In this document: positions 50,892-60,984 of the stretch, one piece after another
Layout: the number at the start of each line of letters is the position of its first letter
Position numbering within the stretch: the stretch's first letter is position 1
Assembly: GCA_965216315.1 (NCBI GenBank)
Contig: CBDCFN010000016.1
Location: forward strand, 96,001-160,000
Length of the DNA: 64,000 nucleotides
From: a bacterium
Lineage (GTDB): Bacteria; UBA10199; 2-02-FULL-50-16; JAJFLM01
Reading direction: 5' to 3'
Notes under the pieces: model-generated
What the model was told of the DNA's origin: nothing
What the model saw: the letters and a program-made list of their open reading frames with translations, nothing else
Databases searched by the model: none
Made by a program: the position numbers and the translations under genes

Positions 50892-51027
50892 TTTCACGTG
50901 CTGTTCCTCCCTTTGTAAAGGGGGAGATCACGATATTCACTCGTTTACTTCAGTGAACAGAAAATAATTTCCCATAACATCTTTCTTCATCGGCGGTCGA
51001 TAAGGGGCCCTGAGAGGAGCGTTTAAT

Positions 51028-51510
51028 ATGACGTCGATGTTTGGAATTTTTTGCTCACCTTTATTAAGTGGGAGCCAACTTCTCGGCTCGCAACGGATGG
51101 CTGAAATTCGTGTTGCAGGAGCAGCAGAAGGCTATCGTGGGCCTAGCCTCGATGATTATGTGCGCATTACGGCGCAGAGTGAGCAGTTCCGAAATATCGG
51201 AAGCAACCTCGGCCTCGTAGGCGATGAACTCGCAGGCTATGTAAAACACCGTGAGTGTAATCTTGCTTGGCGCCAACATCGCGAGGCCCATGGACTTCTC
51301 CACCATGGAATATTCAAAGCCGAGTTTGCGAAATTTGAAGCGCTAACCAAGGTCAAATCACTAGAAAAACTGCGTGCTGAATGGGATTTCGAGCGTCACG
51401 GGCCAGCTTGGCCCTTTGGGGTCACTCGCGGTTATTCATCAGCCCAATCAAACTATATCGGGCAGTTGCTCTATGGAGCTGCCATCATTGCAGTCGACAA
51501 AGGAAAATAA
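51028..51510 (+). CDS. Hypothetical protein
   Basis: GAGGAG RBS; promoter module 50941-51003. Confidence 0.55.
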   Translation: MTSMFGIFCSPLLSGSQLLGSQRMAEIRVAGAAEGYRGPSLDDYVRITAQSEQFRNIGSNLGLVGDELAGYVKHRECNLAWRQHREAHGLLHHGIFKAEFAKFEALTKVKSLEKLRAEWDFERHGPAWPFGVTRGYSSAQSNYIGQLLYGAAIIAVDKGK

Positions 51511-51619
51511 TAACGTCCGTGTCGCGGATGAGGTTTAGGCTGTATACTCGAGGAAACAAATAGAGCTGCTTCATCACGTTTAGGCGCAACATCCACACAA
51601 GAATAGCGAGACATACTGC

Positions 51620-52723
51620 ATGATTATTGCAAGCGGAGTCATTAATTCATCCATGGCCTCCATCTTGGCGAGTAGTGCGTTTGACTCGAACAACCCGATA
51701 CGCAATCGGACCCAATTTGTTTCCGCCACGTCACCGCCTCTCTGGCAAAAGGTGGCGCCGCTATTGATTTCAACGTTAAGCCTGTTTGGTTCCGCTTGTG
51801 ATTGCGGCGACGGTCGCAGTGCTGCGCCAACGGCGGCAATCACTAGCAGTGCGCCGTCGGCGCCGGTTGAACCGACCGATCCGACGCGCCGGCAGAATCT
51901 GGATTTTCAAGGCCAGCCGGGACACGGTAGCATTCAATTCATCCGTGTCATCCATGCGTCGCGCTACTTCAAGGGGAGCATCCGTCAGATACCGAAGCAA
52001 TTTCTTAACAGCACCGGGCGCTATCAATTTAAGGTCCTGGAGGAACTCGCCCAGGCCCGTCCCAAGCATGTTTTTGTCGAAGGTCTTGCGAGTGAGCTCA
52101 ATTCGGTTGAGTTAAGCCATCCGCCGAGTCGCCATCCGTTTCATAAAGCCATTTCGGTTGGCGATATTCTGGCGGCGTTTCCGCAAGGCGTGCCGGCCGA
52201 GCCCAATGATATGCAATTACGCTACTTATTTAAGGCGGGTGCCCCTTTTATTTACGGCGTGTTGTTTAGCGGTGTCACGTTGCACGCAACCATTACGCTG
52301 GAACAAGATGAAGAGATTAGTCGTATGGAAAGGGAGCTGATTCTATCCGTGCCGCCGGAGCGTATCTCAGCAGGCGTCGCCAAGATGATTCAGGAAGGAA
52401 AATTAAAAGTTGGGCCAAACCAGCAAAAGATTCAGATAGACCCCCGTGATTACTTCGATCAAGAACAAAAAAACCGTTATCATTATTTTACCCACACACT
52501 GAGAGATAGTTACGCGGTGCAACACATAGTGGCGTTCTTAAAAAAACATCCCAGTGCCGAGGTTCATCTGGTGTATGGTGCTGCCCATAATTTTTGCGAT
52601 GAATTGGCAACTTCTGAGTTACAAGCGCAACTCACCTCTGTTTGGTGGGCGCAGGCTGATGTCAACATGGACGACGCAACGATGAACGAGACCATCAAAG
52701 CCTGTCCTGTAATCAACCAGTGA
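51620..52723 (+). CDS. Hypothetical protein, possible EreA/ChaN-like fold
   Basis: H..VFVEG..RD..LVYGAAH; promoter motif 51586-51612. Confidence 0.6.
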   Translation: MIIASGVINSSMASILASSAFDSNNPIRNRTQFVSATSPPLWQKVAPLLISTLSLFGSACDCGDGRSAAPTAAITSSAPSAPVEPTDPTRRQNLDFQGQPGHGSIQFIRVIHASRYFKGSIRQIPKQFLNSTGRYQFKVLEELAQARPKHVFVEGLASELNSVELSHPPSRHPFHKAISVGDILAAFPQGVPAEPNDMQLRYLFKAGAPFIYGVLFSGVTLHATITLEQDEEISRMERELILSVPPERISAGVAKMIQEGKLKVGPNQQKIQIDPRDYFDQEQKNRYHYFTHTLRDSYAVQHIVAFLKKHPSAEVHLVYGAAHNFCDELATSELQAQLTSVWWAQADVNMDDATMNETIKACPVINQ

Positions 52724-52740
52724 TCGAACAATCGTTTCCG

Positions 52741-53058
52741 TTACAAAAGCGGAGACAAATTGAAATGCGGCATTATCCACCTCATTACCCCCCACCCGAA
52801 TATAACAGCAGCACAATCTCCCAATGAGTTCTGTAAGGTGTCTGCGCTGGGATGAGGAAAAATGAAGGGCGCGTAGGCCTTCAGCGGATTTTCAATGAGT
52901 TCCCAAGCTACGGCGAGTATGATGACAAGCCAAAATTCAAGACCAAGGTAGCCATAGATCACCCCGATGACGAAGTGCGCCAAAGTAAAACGATCCATGA
53001 ACGGATAGTTGATCTCGCCTTTTTGCGCCCGCCGCAGTTTCGGAAAGAATTTGGTCAT
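52741..53058 (-). CDS. Small membrane protein (DUF2585-like)
   Basis: DRFTLAHFVIG..WELIEN..NSLGD. Confidence 0.65.
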   Translation of the reverse strand: MTKFFPKLRRAQKGEINYPFMDRFTLAHFVIGVIYGYLGLEFWLVIILAVAWELIENPLKAYAPFIFPHPSADTLQNSLGDCAAVIFGWGVMRWIMPHFNLSPLL

Positions 53059-53237
53059 GATGTACCATTAGCCATACCACATGACGCAATGGGCTCTCAA
53101 GTTGTCCTCCCGTAGGCGTATTTAGGATATAAATATTCAGTACAATGTGCTAGTAAAACCACAAGATGGCGATGGGGTTTGCAAAGTAAGCAACATAAAT
53201 ATCACTCATAAATTAACTAAAAAAAAGGAATTCTATT

Positions 53238-53567
53238 ATGGCTGAAGCAAAAGGTTTAAAGAAACCGGTAAAATTAAAACCCGAATTGGCAGCTATGTTG
53301 GGTGAACAGGAACTACCGAGGACTGAAATCACCAAGAAATTGTGGGACTATATCAAAGCCAATCAACTTCAGACTAAGACCGAAAATGGTAAGCCGGAAA
53401 ATGCCGGCAAGTTTATTGTCGCGGATGCAACGCTGCTGCCTATTTTTAAGAATACAAAATCTAAAAGTAAGTCGGGGAAGCTAACAGACTTAACGGGCAT
53501 GAAAGAGGGCGAGACCGTTAATATGATGCAAATGGCGGCCATTGTCGGGGCCAACATCGAATCTTAA
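53238..53567 (+). CDS. SWIB/MDM2-domain protein
   Basis: PELAAMLG..PRTEITKKLWDYIKANQLQ. Confidence 0.85.
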   Translation: MAEAKGLKKPVKLKPELAAMLGEQELPRTEITKKLWDYIKANQLQTKTENGKPENAGKFIVADATLLPIFKNTKSKSKSGKLTDLTGMKEGETVNMMQMAAIVGANIES

Positions 53568-53596
53568 AAGGGGAATAGGGAACGTTGTAAGCTAGC

Positions 53597-53935
53597 TCAA
53601 TACTCGCCGATATCTCTGGAACGAGAGGGGGTTGGTTTCCCCTTAGGCCACACGTAGGTCAGGTATAACACTGTCATGGCGAAGATGTTGAAAATAATGA
53701 CGAGCAGCGAGTAGAGTAATTTTTTGCCTCCGCTTAGGCCTTTGTCCGTCACGAAGATCACGATGTAGATCAAGATCATCGGCAAGATGAGCATGCCGGC
53801 GCAGACAAAGAATAAATGGCTGGCCGTTCCGATGACAGGTACGCCTTCTCCAGAAAAAAAGCGGACGTAAAACTGACCGATGCCCAACAGGGCGATGAGA
53901 TGACATAGACCGAAAATGATTTTCAGGGGCTTCAT
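53597..53935 (-). CDS. Small membrane protein
   Basis: Three hydrophobic segments from MKPLKII. Confidence 0.55.
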   Translation of the reverse strand: MKPLKIIFGLCHLIALLGIGQFYVRFFSGEGVPVIGTASHLFFVCAGMLILPMILIYIVIFVTDKGLSGGKKLLYSLLVIIFNIFAMTVLYLTYVWPKGKPTPSRSRDIGEY

Positions 53936-53988
53936 GTGTGGAGAAATGTAGCAAAATTTCGGTGCCGCGTCGAGTCTGTGAGAAAACG

Positions 53989-54387
53989 TTACTTCAATCT
54001 TGCAGTGGTTGACTTGAGGGCCTTGATGCCCGTGCGGTTGAAGCGGCATTCTGCGAAATTTTGTTCGTGTCCCCCTTTGCTCGTCACGACGATGCGTTGG
54101 GTAGATAAATTCAGATGGGTTGTTGGTAAATCCGTTTGGCGCAGCTCAATGGCATTCTTGCCTTTGTCGAAATAGATGACTTCTCCGAATTCATTGTAGT
54201 TCAGTAAGCGAAGAGGACGCCCATAGTTGACGTAGATTTCAACGGCAGTCGTGCGTTTGAGATCTGTTTCCGCTTCGATTTTCAAATCCTTGCACTGAGC
54301 AATTTTAGTAATTGTAGTTCCGGCAAACGCCTCGGCGCCAAGGAGGAAGAGTGCGAGCAGCAAGAGATATCTTGATAAGGCAGGCAT
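53989..54387 (-). CDS. Secreted hypothetical protein
   Basis: Signal peptide ending AFA. Confidence 0.55.
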   Translation of the reverse strand: MPALSRYLLLLALFLLGAEAFAGTTITKIAQCKDLKIEAETDLKRTTAVEIYVNYGRPLRLLNYNEFGEVIYFDKGKNAIELRQTDLPTTHLNLSTQRIVVTSKGGHEQNFAECRFNRTGIKALKSTTARLK

Positions 54388-54625
54388 CGCGAAATAATAC
54401 GACTAATGCCGCTTGCAAGCAAGGTCGTTGTTTCCCATTGCCCTTTAACCGATAGCCAGAAAAATAGGGATGTTGTAAATTAGTTCAACTAACGGTATTC
54501 CAGTTCTAATTGAAACGAGTCTGGGCAGGTATGCCACTCGTAAGCAGTTTGGCTTTCATTTTGAAGGTTGATCGACTCTCTATATTCACTTGAATCTTGA
54601 CCACTTATTAGGCATGCACGTCTGA

Positions 54626-55174
54626 GTGCGACGCATTTATTTCATCGTGTGGTTCGGGGTGATATGGCCGGGTTTGAGTCAGGCCGGCATCGAAGCGGAA
54701 CTATTTCTCAAGCAATATGAGGCGTGTACGGTACGCATTTATCATGACGCGACACCTGATGCGACGTCGGGAGTACTCGTGATTCGACCCTATCTGGAGA
54801 AAGACGGAGTTCATGAGCGATGTGAGTCTTTGGATAAAAAGCACATTACGCAGAGTCTTACCCAAGCCCTGCAGGCGTATAAAAAGAGAGATGATTTAAA
54901 ACCGGTCACCTCGCTTATGCTCGGCCGTTTGGTCAACTATCCCTGGATCAAGACAACTTTGGCCGCGCAGGCCGGTGTGCCGTCCGTCAAAAAACTTTCC
55001 CGTCGTCAATTTAATGCCTTCGTCTTAAAGGACGAGATGATGACGCCATTCAAACAGGCTCTTGAGTTACAGGGCTTTCGCCTAACGGGGGCCAGTTGTG
55101 AAAAACTCATATTCTATGACAACGGCGCGCCTCAAGACGCGATGTGTTGGTTGGTGATCGAGAGGCGCGACTAA
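54626..55174 (+). CDS. Secreted hypothetical protein
   Basis: Signal peptide ending SQA; 4 Cys. Confidence 0.55.
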   Translation: MRRIYFIVWFGVIWPGLSQAGIEAELFLKQYEACTVRIYHDATPDATSGVLVIRPYLEKDGVHERCESLDKKHITQSLTQALQAYKKRDDLKPVTSLMLGRLVNYPWIKTTLAAQAGVPSVKKLSRRQFNAFVLKDEMMTPFKQALELQGFRLTGASCEKLIFYDNGAPQDAMCWLVIERRD

Positions 55175-55358
55175 CGCCGCAGACAAGGTTTGGTGGCCGC
55201 TTGATCGGCGAGTTGGCGCGCGGCCTCGTTTTGTTTCGCTTGGGGCGGGACTGAGCCGATCACGCAAATTTTTGCCGCCGTGATTTTCATAACGACGAGA
55301 GAGGAGATTTTTTGACCGGGTTTCTCGATGTTGTCGATGTCGAGCCGCACGATTAGCG

Positions 55359-56339
55359 CATGGGGGCGCCATTTTTATCAATGGAACGTTGCTAGATATT
55401 CAAAACAGCTTGTTTGATGCCAATCAGGCCGGAGATGTTGGTGGTGCTTTGGCTTACTCCAACGGAGGTCCGGCGAGTCATATTCGCAATACGACTTTCA
55501 GCGGAAACTCATCCAAGGCCGATGGCGGCGCTATCTTTAATAATCAGGGGGAACTCGTGTTGAACAACATCACTATTGCGCAGAATGTTGCCGACTCGGA
55601 TCAAGGCGAGCCGGGCGACACGGACAGTGGTGACGGTGGTGGGATGTTTAATAACGATGCGAGTGCGGCAACGACACGCCTGAGAAATACGATTATTGCT
55701 GATAATCAGGCCCCCGGAAACGATGTCGATTGCTTTGGTACGCTGACTTCCGAAGGGTTTAACTTGATAGAAGACGTTTCCAGTGGTTGTACCTTTACGG
55801 AAACAAGTGGTGACATCACCGGTGAAGACCCGCTCTTGGTTGATCTTGCGGACAATGGGGGACCAACGCTGACGCATGCCTTGCAGGCGGCGAGCCCGGC
55901 GCTAGATCAGGGTAGTTGTACGGATACGGATGCCAATGACATCACCGAGGATCAACGTGGTTCGGAGCGTCCGGCGGATGCTTGTGATATCGGGGCCATC
56001 GAAGTCTCAGTTTGCGGTGATGATATCATCGCCGTTGATGAAGAATGTGATGATGGCAATGAGGTTGACACTGATGATTGTACCAGTGAGTGCCTCTTTA
56101 GTGTTTGCGGGGATGGCTTTGTTGAGGATGGATTCGAAGACTGTGATGACGGCAACACGGAAGACGGCGACGGTTGTGACAGTACCTGTGTCAATGAAGA
56201 TATTGATCCGCTCGGCACGGGTTGCCAGTTGATGGCGGCGCATCCGAGTCATGCGAAGGTCGTTAGTTTGTTGTTGTTGGGTTTGGCCCTGATCGGAATG
56301 GTTGGAATAAGAGCTAAGTCGGAAGGGTGCGGGGATTAA
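55359..56339 (+). pseudogene. 5'-truncated choice-of-anchor Q / Cys-rich repeat surface protein
   Basis: Homology begins mid-domain (HGGAIFING) with no signal peptide or RBS; two CGDG/D..ECDDGN repeats; GC plus TM tail. Confidence 0.65.
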
Positions 56340-56352
56340 GGAGACCGTTGTT

Positions 56353-58275
56353 TCAACGCGTATTAGCGTCTTCGTCCGGTTTTTCCAGCATCCCGAGCTT
56401 CTCTAGTCTTTTGGCTATCGCCCTAAGGTCGTAGGGCTTTTCGAGATAGGCTGACGGTTTCTGATCGGATTCTTCCTCTCTGAGTATCGATAGATTTCCA
56501 GAGGAGAGAATAATCTTTGCGTCAGGATGGTCGCTTCGTATCCTTTGCATGGTCTGAAGTCCGTCCATGCCCGGCATTTGATAGTCCATAATGACGAGAT
56601 CCGGGTTTTCCCGCTCAAATATTTCAATGGCCTCTTGACCACTCCCTGCCAGCAAGACTTGGCTAAAACCGAGTTTTTGCAACATTCGCCCGGAAGACCG
56701 TCTGACTATCGGGGTGTCATCGACAAATAAAATGACCAGGCCTTCTTTGGCTCGATATCCTAATGGCGGCTGTTCGGAGACTTTAGCGACTTTCCTTGGT
56801 TGGCTATAACGGAGATAGATCGTGAATGTCGTCCCTTTTCCGACCTCACTCGTGACTTCGATGTGACCGCCGTGCCCCTTTACTGTCGAGTGGACCATGG
56901 CTAGCCCAAGGCCGGTTCCAACGCCAATCGGCTTAGTGGTGAAGAAGGGGTCAAAAATCTTATCAAGATTTTCTGGTGGAATTCCCACTCCATCGTCACT
57001 CACGGAGATCTGCACGTATTCTCCCGGTTGCAGATCCAGTCGCGTCTGACAAAACTCTTTGCCTAACGTGACTCGTTCAGCCTTTAGTGAGACCGTTCCC
57101 TGTGAGCCGACAGCGTGTAACGCATTCATAGTCAGATGCAACAAAGCCTGCTCGATCATGCCTTTATCGATTCGTGAGGTAATTGCTCTACCCACCTCGA
57201 CGCTTACTTTAATGTCCGTCCCCACTCCACGTTCTCTGGGCAAATGTTTTTCGATGAAACGAAAGGAGGGGCCGAGATCGGCAAGGGTAAATTGGAGATT
57301 ATCCCGTCGTGCGTAGGTCATTATCTGCCTCATCAGCGTGACTGCCTTTTCGGAGCTATTGTAAGATAACTTTAGGTTCTCCATTATCTCCTCTGTATCC
57401 GCATCTGATTGGCCCATCCCATAGATTGCTAACTCGACGCCGACCATGATCCCTTGGAGCAGATTATTGAAATCGTGTGCGATGCCGCCGACTAAAGTGC
57501 CCAGTGCTTCCATCTTTTGGGCTTGCCTTAGCTGAGCTTCGAGTTTCTTGCGCGCGGTGATTTCGAGCGTTGCTACGGTGATGCCGATGATCGCGCCTTC
57601 CGCATCGCGCCTGGGCTCCACGGTGATATCGTAGACTTTTGTCTGGTCATTAACCGTATACGGGACCTCGCTGCGTTCCCCGACACCCGATTCAAGAACA
57701 CGGCGTTTCAATTGCATCAGTGGTTCGGCTTCGTGGAGTGGCGCGAGATCCAAGTCGGTCTTTCCGATGATGTCGTCCGGAGAGAGGCCCGATTGTTGAT
57801 TGTAGGCCCAGGTATAGCGAAGCTCCCGGTCTTGGTGGAGGAGCGCAACCGCGGAGCTCTTTAACGCCACGCGAAACCGCTCTTCGCTCTGCCGCAACGC
57901 CGTCTCCAGCCCTTCCAATTCCTTATCCGTTTCGGCGTCATGGCCAAAAAACGTCAGGGCCCCGGAAATCATCGTCGCGATGCGGGCTGTCTCTTGTGGT
58001 GAAAGGGTGGTACGGCCTTCGGCCACCTCAAGCAGGCGTGCCATTGCCTGCGTCATATCTTCAGAAAAAAAACCCGCGCTTTGGACGCGCTCTTGGAGAC
58101 TGGCAAGGCTTGTAATGTGGGGTGCCAGCGTCGAGGTGAGGGCTTCGGTAGACTGATCCGTGACCGACCGTTGCAGCACGGCCTCAATTCCACTCAGTGC
58201 ATGGAGCCCGTTACCGGACGTGCTGGCGAGGACTGCCGATGAAAAACCAAGATTGACTGCTGATGTGAGCAACAT
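56353..58275 (-). CDS. PAS hybrid sensor histidine kinase / receiver
   Basis: [40 protein letters not shown] receiver. Confidence 0.93.
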   Translation of the reverse strand: MLLTSAVNLGFSSAVLASTSGNGLHALSGIEAVLQRSVTDQSTEALTSTLAPHITSLASLQERVQSAGFFSEDMTQAMARLLEVAEGRTTLSPQETARIATMISGALTFFGHDAETDKELEGLETALRQSEERFRVALKSSAVALLHQDRELRYTWAYNQQSGLSPDDIIGKTDLDLAPLHEAEPLMQLKRRVLESGVGERSEVPYTVNDQTKVYDITVEPRRDAEGAIIGITVATLEITARKKLEAQLRQAQKMEALGTLVGGIAHDFNNLLQGIMVGVELAIYGMGQSDADTEEIMENLKLSYNSSEKAVTLMRQIMTYARRDNLQFTLADLGPSFRFIEKHLPRERGVGTDIKVSVEVGRAITSRIDKGMIEQALLHLTMNALHAVGSQGTVSLKAERVTLGKEFCQTRLDLQPGEYVQISVSDDGVGIPPENLDKIFDPFFTTKPIGVGTGLGLAMVHSTVKGHGGHIEVTSEVGKGTTFTIYLRYSQPRKVAKVSEQPPLGYRAKEGLVILFVDDTPIVRRSSGRMLQKLGFSQVLLAGSGQEAIEIFERENPDLVIMDYQMPGMDGLQTMQRIRSDHPDAKIILSSGNLSILREEESDQKPSAYLEKPYDLRAIAKRLEKLGMLEKPDEDANTR

Positions 58276-58381
58276 AATTGAGTACTATTTCTAATTGCCT
58301 CGTCTAGTCGGCTGTCCTCAAAAATTGTTGCTAAATTAAGACGTCCTGCGTCATTTCCCTAACTAGTTGAAACCAAGGAGG

Positions 58382-59221
58382 TTATTCTGTCGGGACGATA
58401 TGCAACGACACGGGTATCGGGGTCACCGGCGCCATCATCACGCCGAGGGTTGCCACGGCGAGTCCGCTGGACGGTCCACCGTCCAATGCCATCGCGGCAT
58501 CAATGTTGGGAAATATTTGGAGTAAGGCGTTTTGCAACTGATATAAATCTGTTTCTTGGGCCACGAGAAAAAACCAGCGCTCGTCGGTGGTTTTAACAAT
58601 AATGGTGCGGTTGGCGAGGATCGGTTCTTCTGAGGGTGGCGGCACGCCTATCTTGCCGCCCGGCTCGATGATCATGGGGCCGGCCTGCAGCGCGAGTTGA
58701 TAGTCACTCGTGTCGGCGGGAATTGTAATCCGTCCGGTCTGGGCATTGCGTAGATAGCTTAAATTCCACTCTCCGGTGTGTGTGACCGTCAACAACGCCG
58801 AATAAGGGCCTTCCGTTTCTGGGGGAGCAAGCTGTTGGCCGCCGGCAACTAGGAGTCCCATCGCCTCCCCACGCATTCCGAAAAAGCCGCCGTTGATCAG
58901 TGCTCCGCGTTGCCCCAGCTGGACCCAACTTTCATTAAAGGTTTTACCTTGATGCCGGTGGATGGATGCATTCACTTGTTTCGGATTGAAGGCGACTCCG
59001 TAGATGTGGACGCCCGCCTCATGCCGCACGAAGGGTACGATGCCGGCGACAGGGGGATGACTGTCGTGGCCACAGATAAGTTGATGGAGCCGCAACTCGG
59101 CATCCACAACGGGCTGGCGGACGAGCGGCTCCGGTGCGGGTTTGCAGCTCAGCTCATCGGCCGGCCGGCTTGCACGCGGAAGCACACAGATTTTTTGTTC
59201 GAGATCGAGGCACGTCCCCAT
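58382..59221 (-). CDS. Phosphodiester glycosidase (NAGPA) family protein
   Basis: INGGFF, QAGP, NRT, ALDGGPSS. Confidence 0.8.
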   Translation of the reverse strand: MGTCLDLEQKICVLPRASRPADELSCKPAPEPLVRQPVVDAELRLHQLICGHDSHPPVAGIVPFVRHEAGVHIYGVAFNPKQVNASIHRHQGKTFNESWVQLGQRGALINGGFFGMRGEAMGLLVAGGQQLAPPETEGPYSALLTVTHTGEWNLSYLRNAQTGRITIPADTSDYQLALQAGPMIIEPGGKIGVPPPSEEPILANRTIIVKTTDERWFFLVAQETDLYQLQNALLQIFPNIDAAMALDGGPSSGLAVATLGVMMAPVTPIPVSLHIVPTE

Positions 59222-59311
59222 GGTTCATTACCCACTTCGATCTCTCATCGGAGCATAAGGGGATTAGTTGCTAGGAACGCCTTTAAGACGGTGTTATTAG
59301 ACAGTTTTTAA

Positions 59312-60661
59312 TTATTTGACGTAAACGATGGTCGCTGACGTGACCGGAAATCCGTAGTCTTCGGTCTCTCCCGTATGGTAATACGAGCCGTCTTCCTGCT
59401 GGTAGCCGGCGACATTACTCCCGCCCGTGTCTAAGTTTACCGCATGAACGAGGTTCGGGATCTTGGTGAGGATCTGTCCGGCCTCATAGAGATCAATATA
59501 GTCATCAATTTGGACGATGCCATAGCTGCCATCATTGAAAGTCACCAAGATTCTCCTGATGTCTGCACTATAACTGGACCCGTCTTTGGGGACCGTATTG
59601 GTTCCGTTATGCACGATCAAATTGCTTTGAAACATCGTGCCCCCCTGGGCCATCGTCTCGTCCATCACTTTGAAGATGTCGGTTCTATCGGCATTGAAAA
59701 TTTCCGGTTTTCCGTTGCGGATCACGACAATACCATCCATGTGGGGAGCGACATATAAGTTGGAGGGCTCTCCATTTACGATGGAAACCGTCGCCGGTAT
59801 CGTCTCATTCACTGAATAATTCGCCGCGGCAAAGAGACGATAGCCTTTCTGCTCGGCGCCCTCGTGAGACAGCTCCTCTACCGTATAACCCAAATTCAAG
59901 CCCGAGTCGGGTTTGATCCTGATTAAGAAGCCGATGGCCTCCGTGCCGATGGAAATATCGAAGCCTTGCAAACCATTGTGTATGGCCCAGTCGCCGAGCG
60001 AAACGCTAACGGGTGAATCGGTGAAGCGCGAATCATGTTGTTCCTCTTCCATGACTTCGGCGGTTATTTTTTGCGCGGCGCGCCCCGGTCCGTAGTTGGA
60101 GACGACGTTGCCGATCTGAATCGTAAAACTCTTGACGATGGGCAAATGAATCCCGAACGGTACGACCAGTTCTCTCAACGTGTCTTTTTCCACTCCGTTT
60201 TTCAGGGCAAACTTGACATATTCGGCGGCGGTGATGCGGCACTTGCGGCTGACGGCCGGGTCCTGTTGCTCAGCCAGCCGATAGATGTCGGCCAAGGTCT
60301 TCAAGAGTTCATGCACATTATCGACCGTCGGTGTGGTTTTCTTGAACGTGACAAAACGCCGTTCCGCTTCGCTCTGCGGTTTGGTCGGAATCTTCGGTTG
60401 AGGTCCGAACAGCACGGCACTGGAGCTGCAGTCCCACACAGAGTCATCAATCAACTGAGCCCACTCATCTACCGGCTCACAGGTCAGGTCGGTATCATAA
60501 CACACGGCTTCAGGGCCGGTTGAGACCAGACACGGATCCACGCATTGATTCGTTTCAGGATTATAAAAATTATTAACAGGAGAGCCGTCGGTACCGTTCC
60601 GTTGATTGACATTTTCACCCATACGCACACACACCTTTCCATTGCGGATACACCTCACCAC
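59312..60661 (-). CDS. Protein with C-terminal NAGPA-like domain
   Basis: FQSNLIV, RRILV, AVNLDTGGS; reverse sigma54 motif at 60691-60708. Confidence 0.6.
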   Translation of the reverse strand: MVRCIRNGKVCVRMGENVNQRNGTDGSPVNNFYNPETNQCVDPCLVSTGPEAVCYDTDLTCEPVDEWAQLIDDSVWDCSSSAVLFGPQPKIPTKPQSEAERRFVTFKKTTPTVDNVHELLKTLADIYRLAEQQDPAVSRKCRITAAEYVKFALKNGVEKDTLRELVVPFGIHLPIVKSFTIQIGNVVSNYGPGRAAQKITAEVMEEEQHDSRFTDSPVSVSLGDWAIHNGLQGFDISIGTEAIGFLIRIKPDSGLNLGYTVEELSHEGAEQKGYRLFAAANYSVNETIPATVSIVNGEPSNLYVAPHMDGIVVIRNGKPEIFNADRTDIFKVMDETMAQGGTMFQSNLIVHNGTNTVPKDGSSYSADIRRILVTFNDGSYGIVQIDDYIDLYEAGQILTKIPNLVHAVNLDTGGSNVAGYQQEDGSYYHTGETEDYGFPVTSATIVYVK

Positions 60662-60984
60662 TCATCCTAAGAAAGACCTGTACAGAATAAATGCAAAACA
60701 CATGCCACCGTATCGCTGAGAGGCGCTTTATAACTAGCCTGAAATATTAAGTTTTTTAGCCTGGTTGAAACGAGGGCTGCAAGATGCGGGGTTTCAGTGG
60801 TGGTTGGAGTCTCCGAATTGAGGGGCCGGCGTCCCGATTTCCAATTAAAATGCAACGTTCACTCGTCGAAACATTTTGTCGAGTAGTGAGATGACAATGG
60901 AGTTAGATTTCAATATATTGAGCCAATTCGAGCGGCGCTATCTGCTCGCTTGCAACTGTTTGCTTTAATGAGAGGAGTCACTGC

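Noticed and set aside
41570..55220. Classical integron or prophage
   Set aside because: No integrase or phage structural genes; the hairpin at ~55170-55216 is too short and lacks proper attC R boxes
60855..60900. Another palindrome-plus-RCAAC promoter before 60985
   Set aside because: Only a half-site match and wrong spacing
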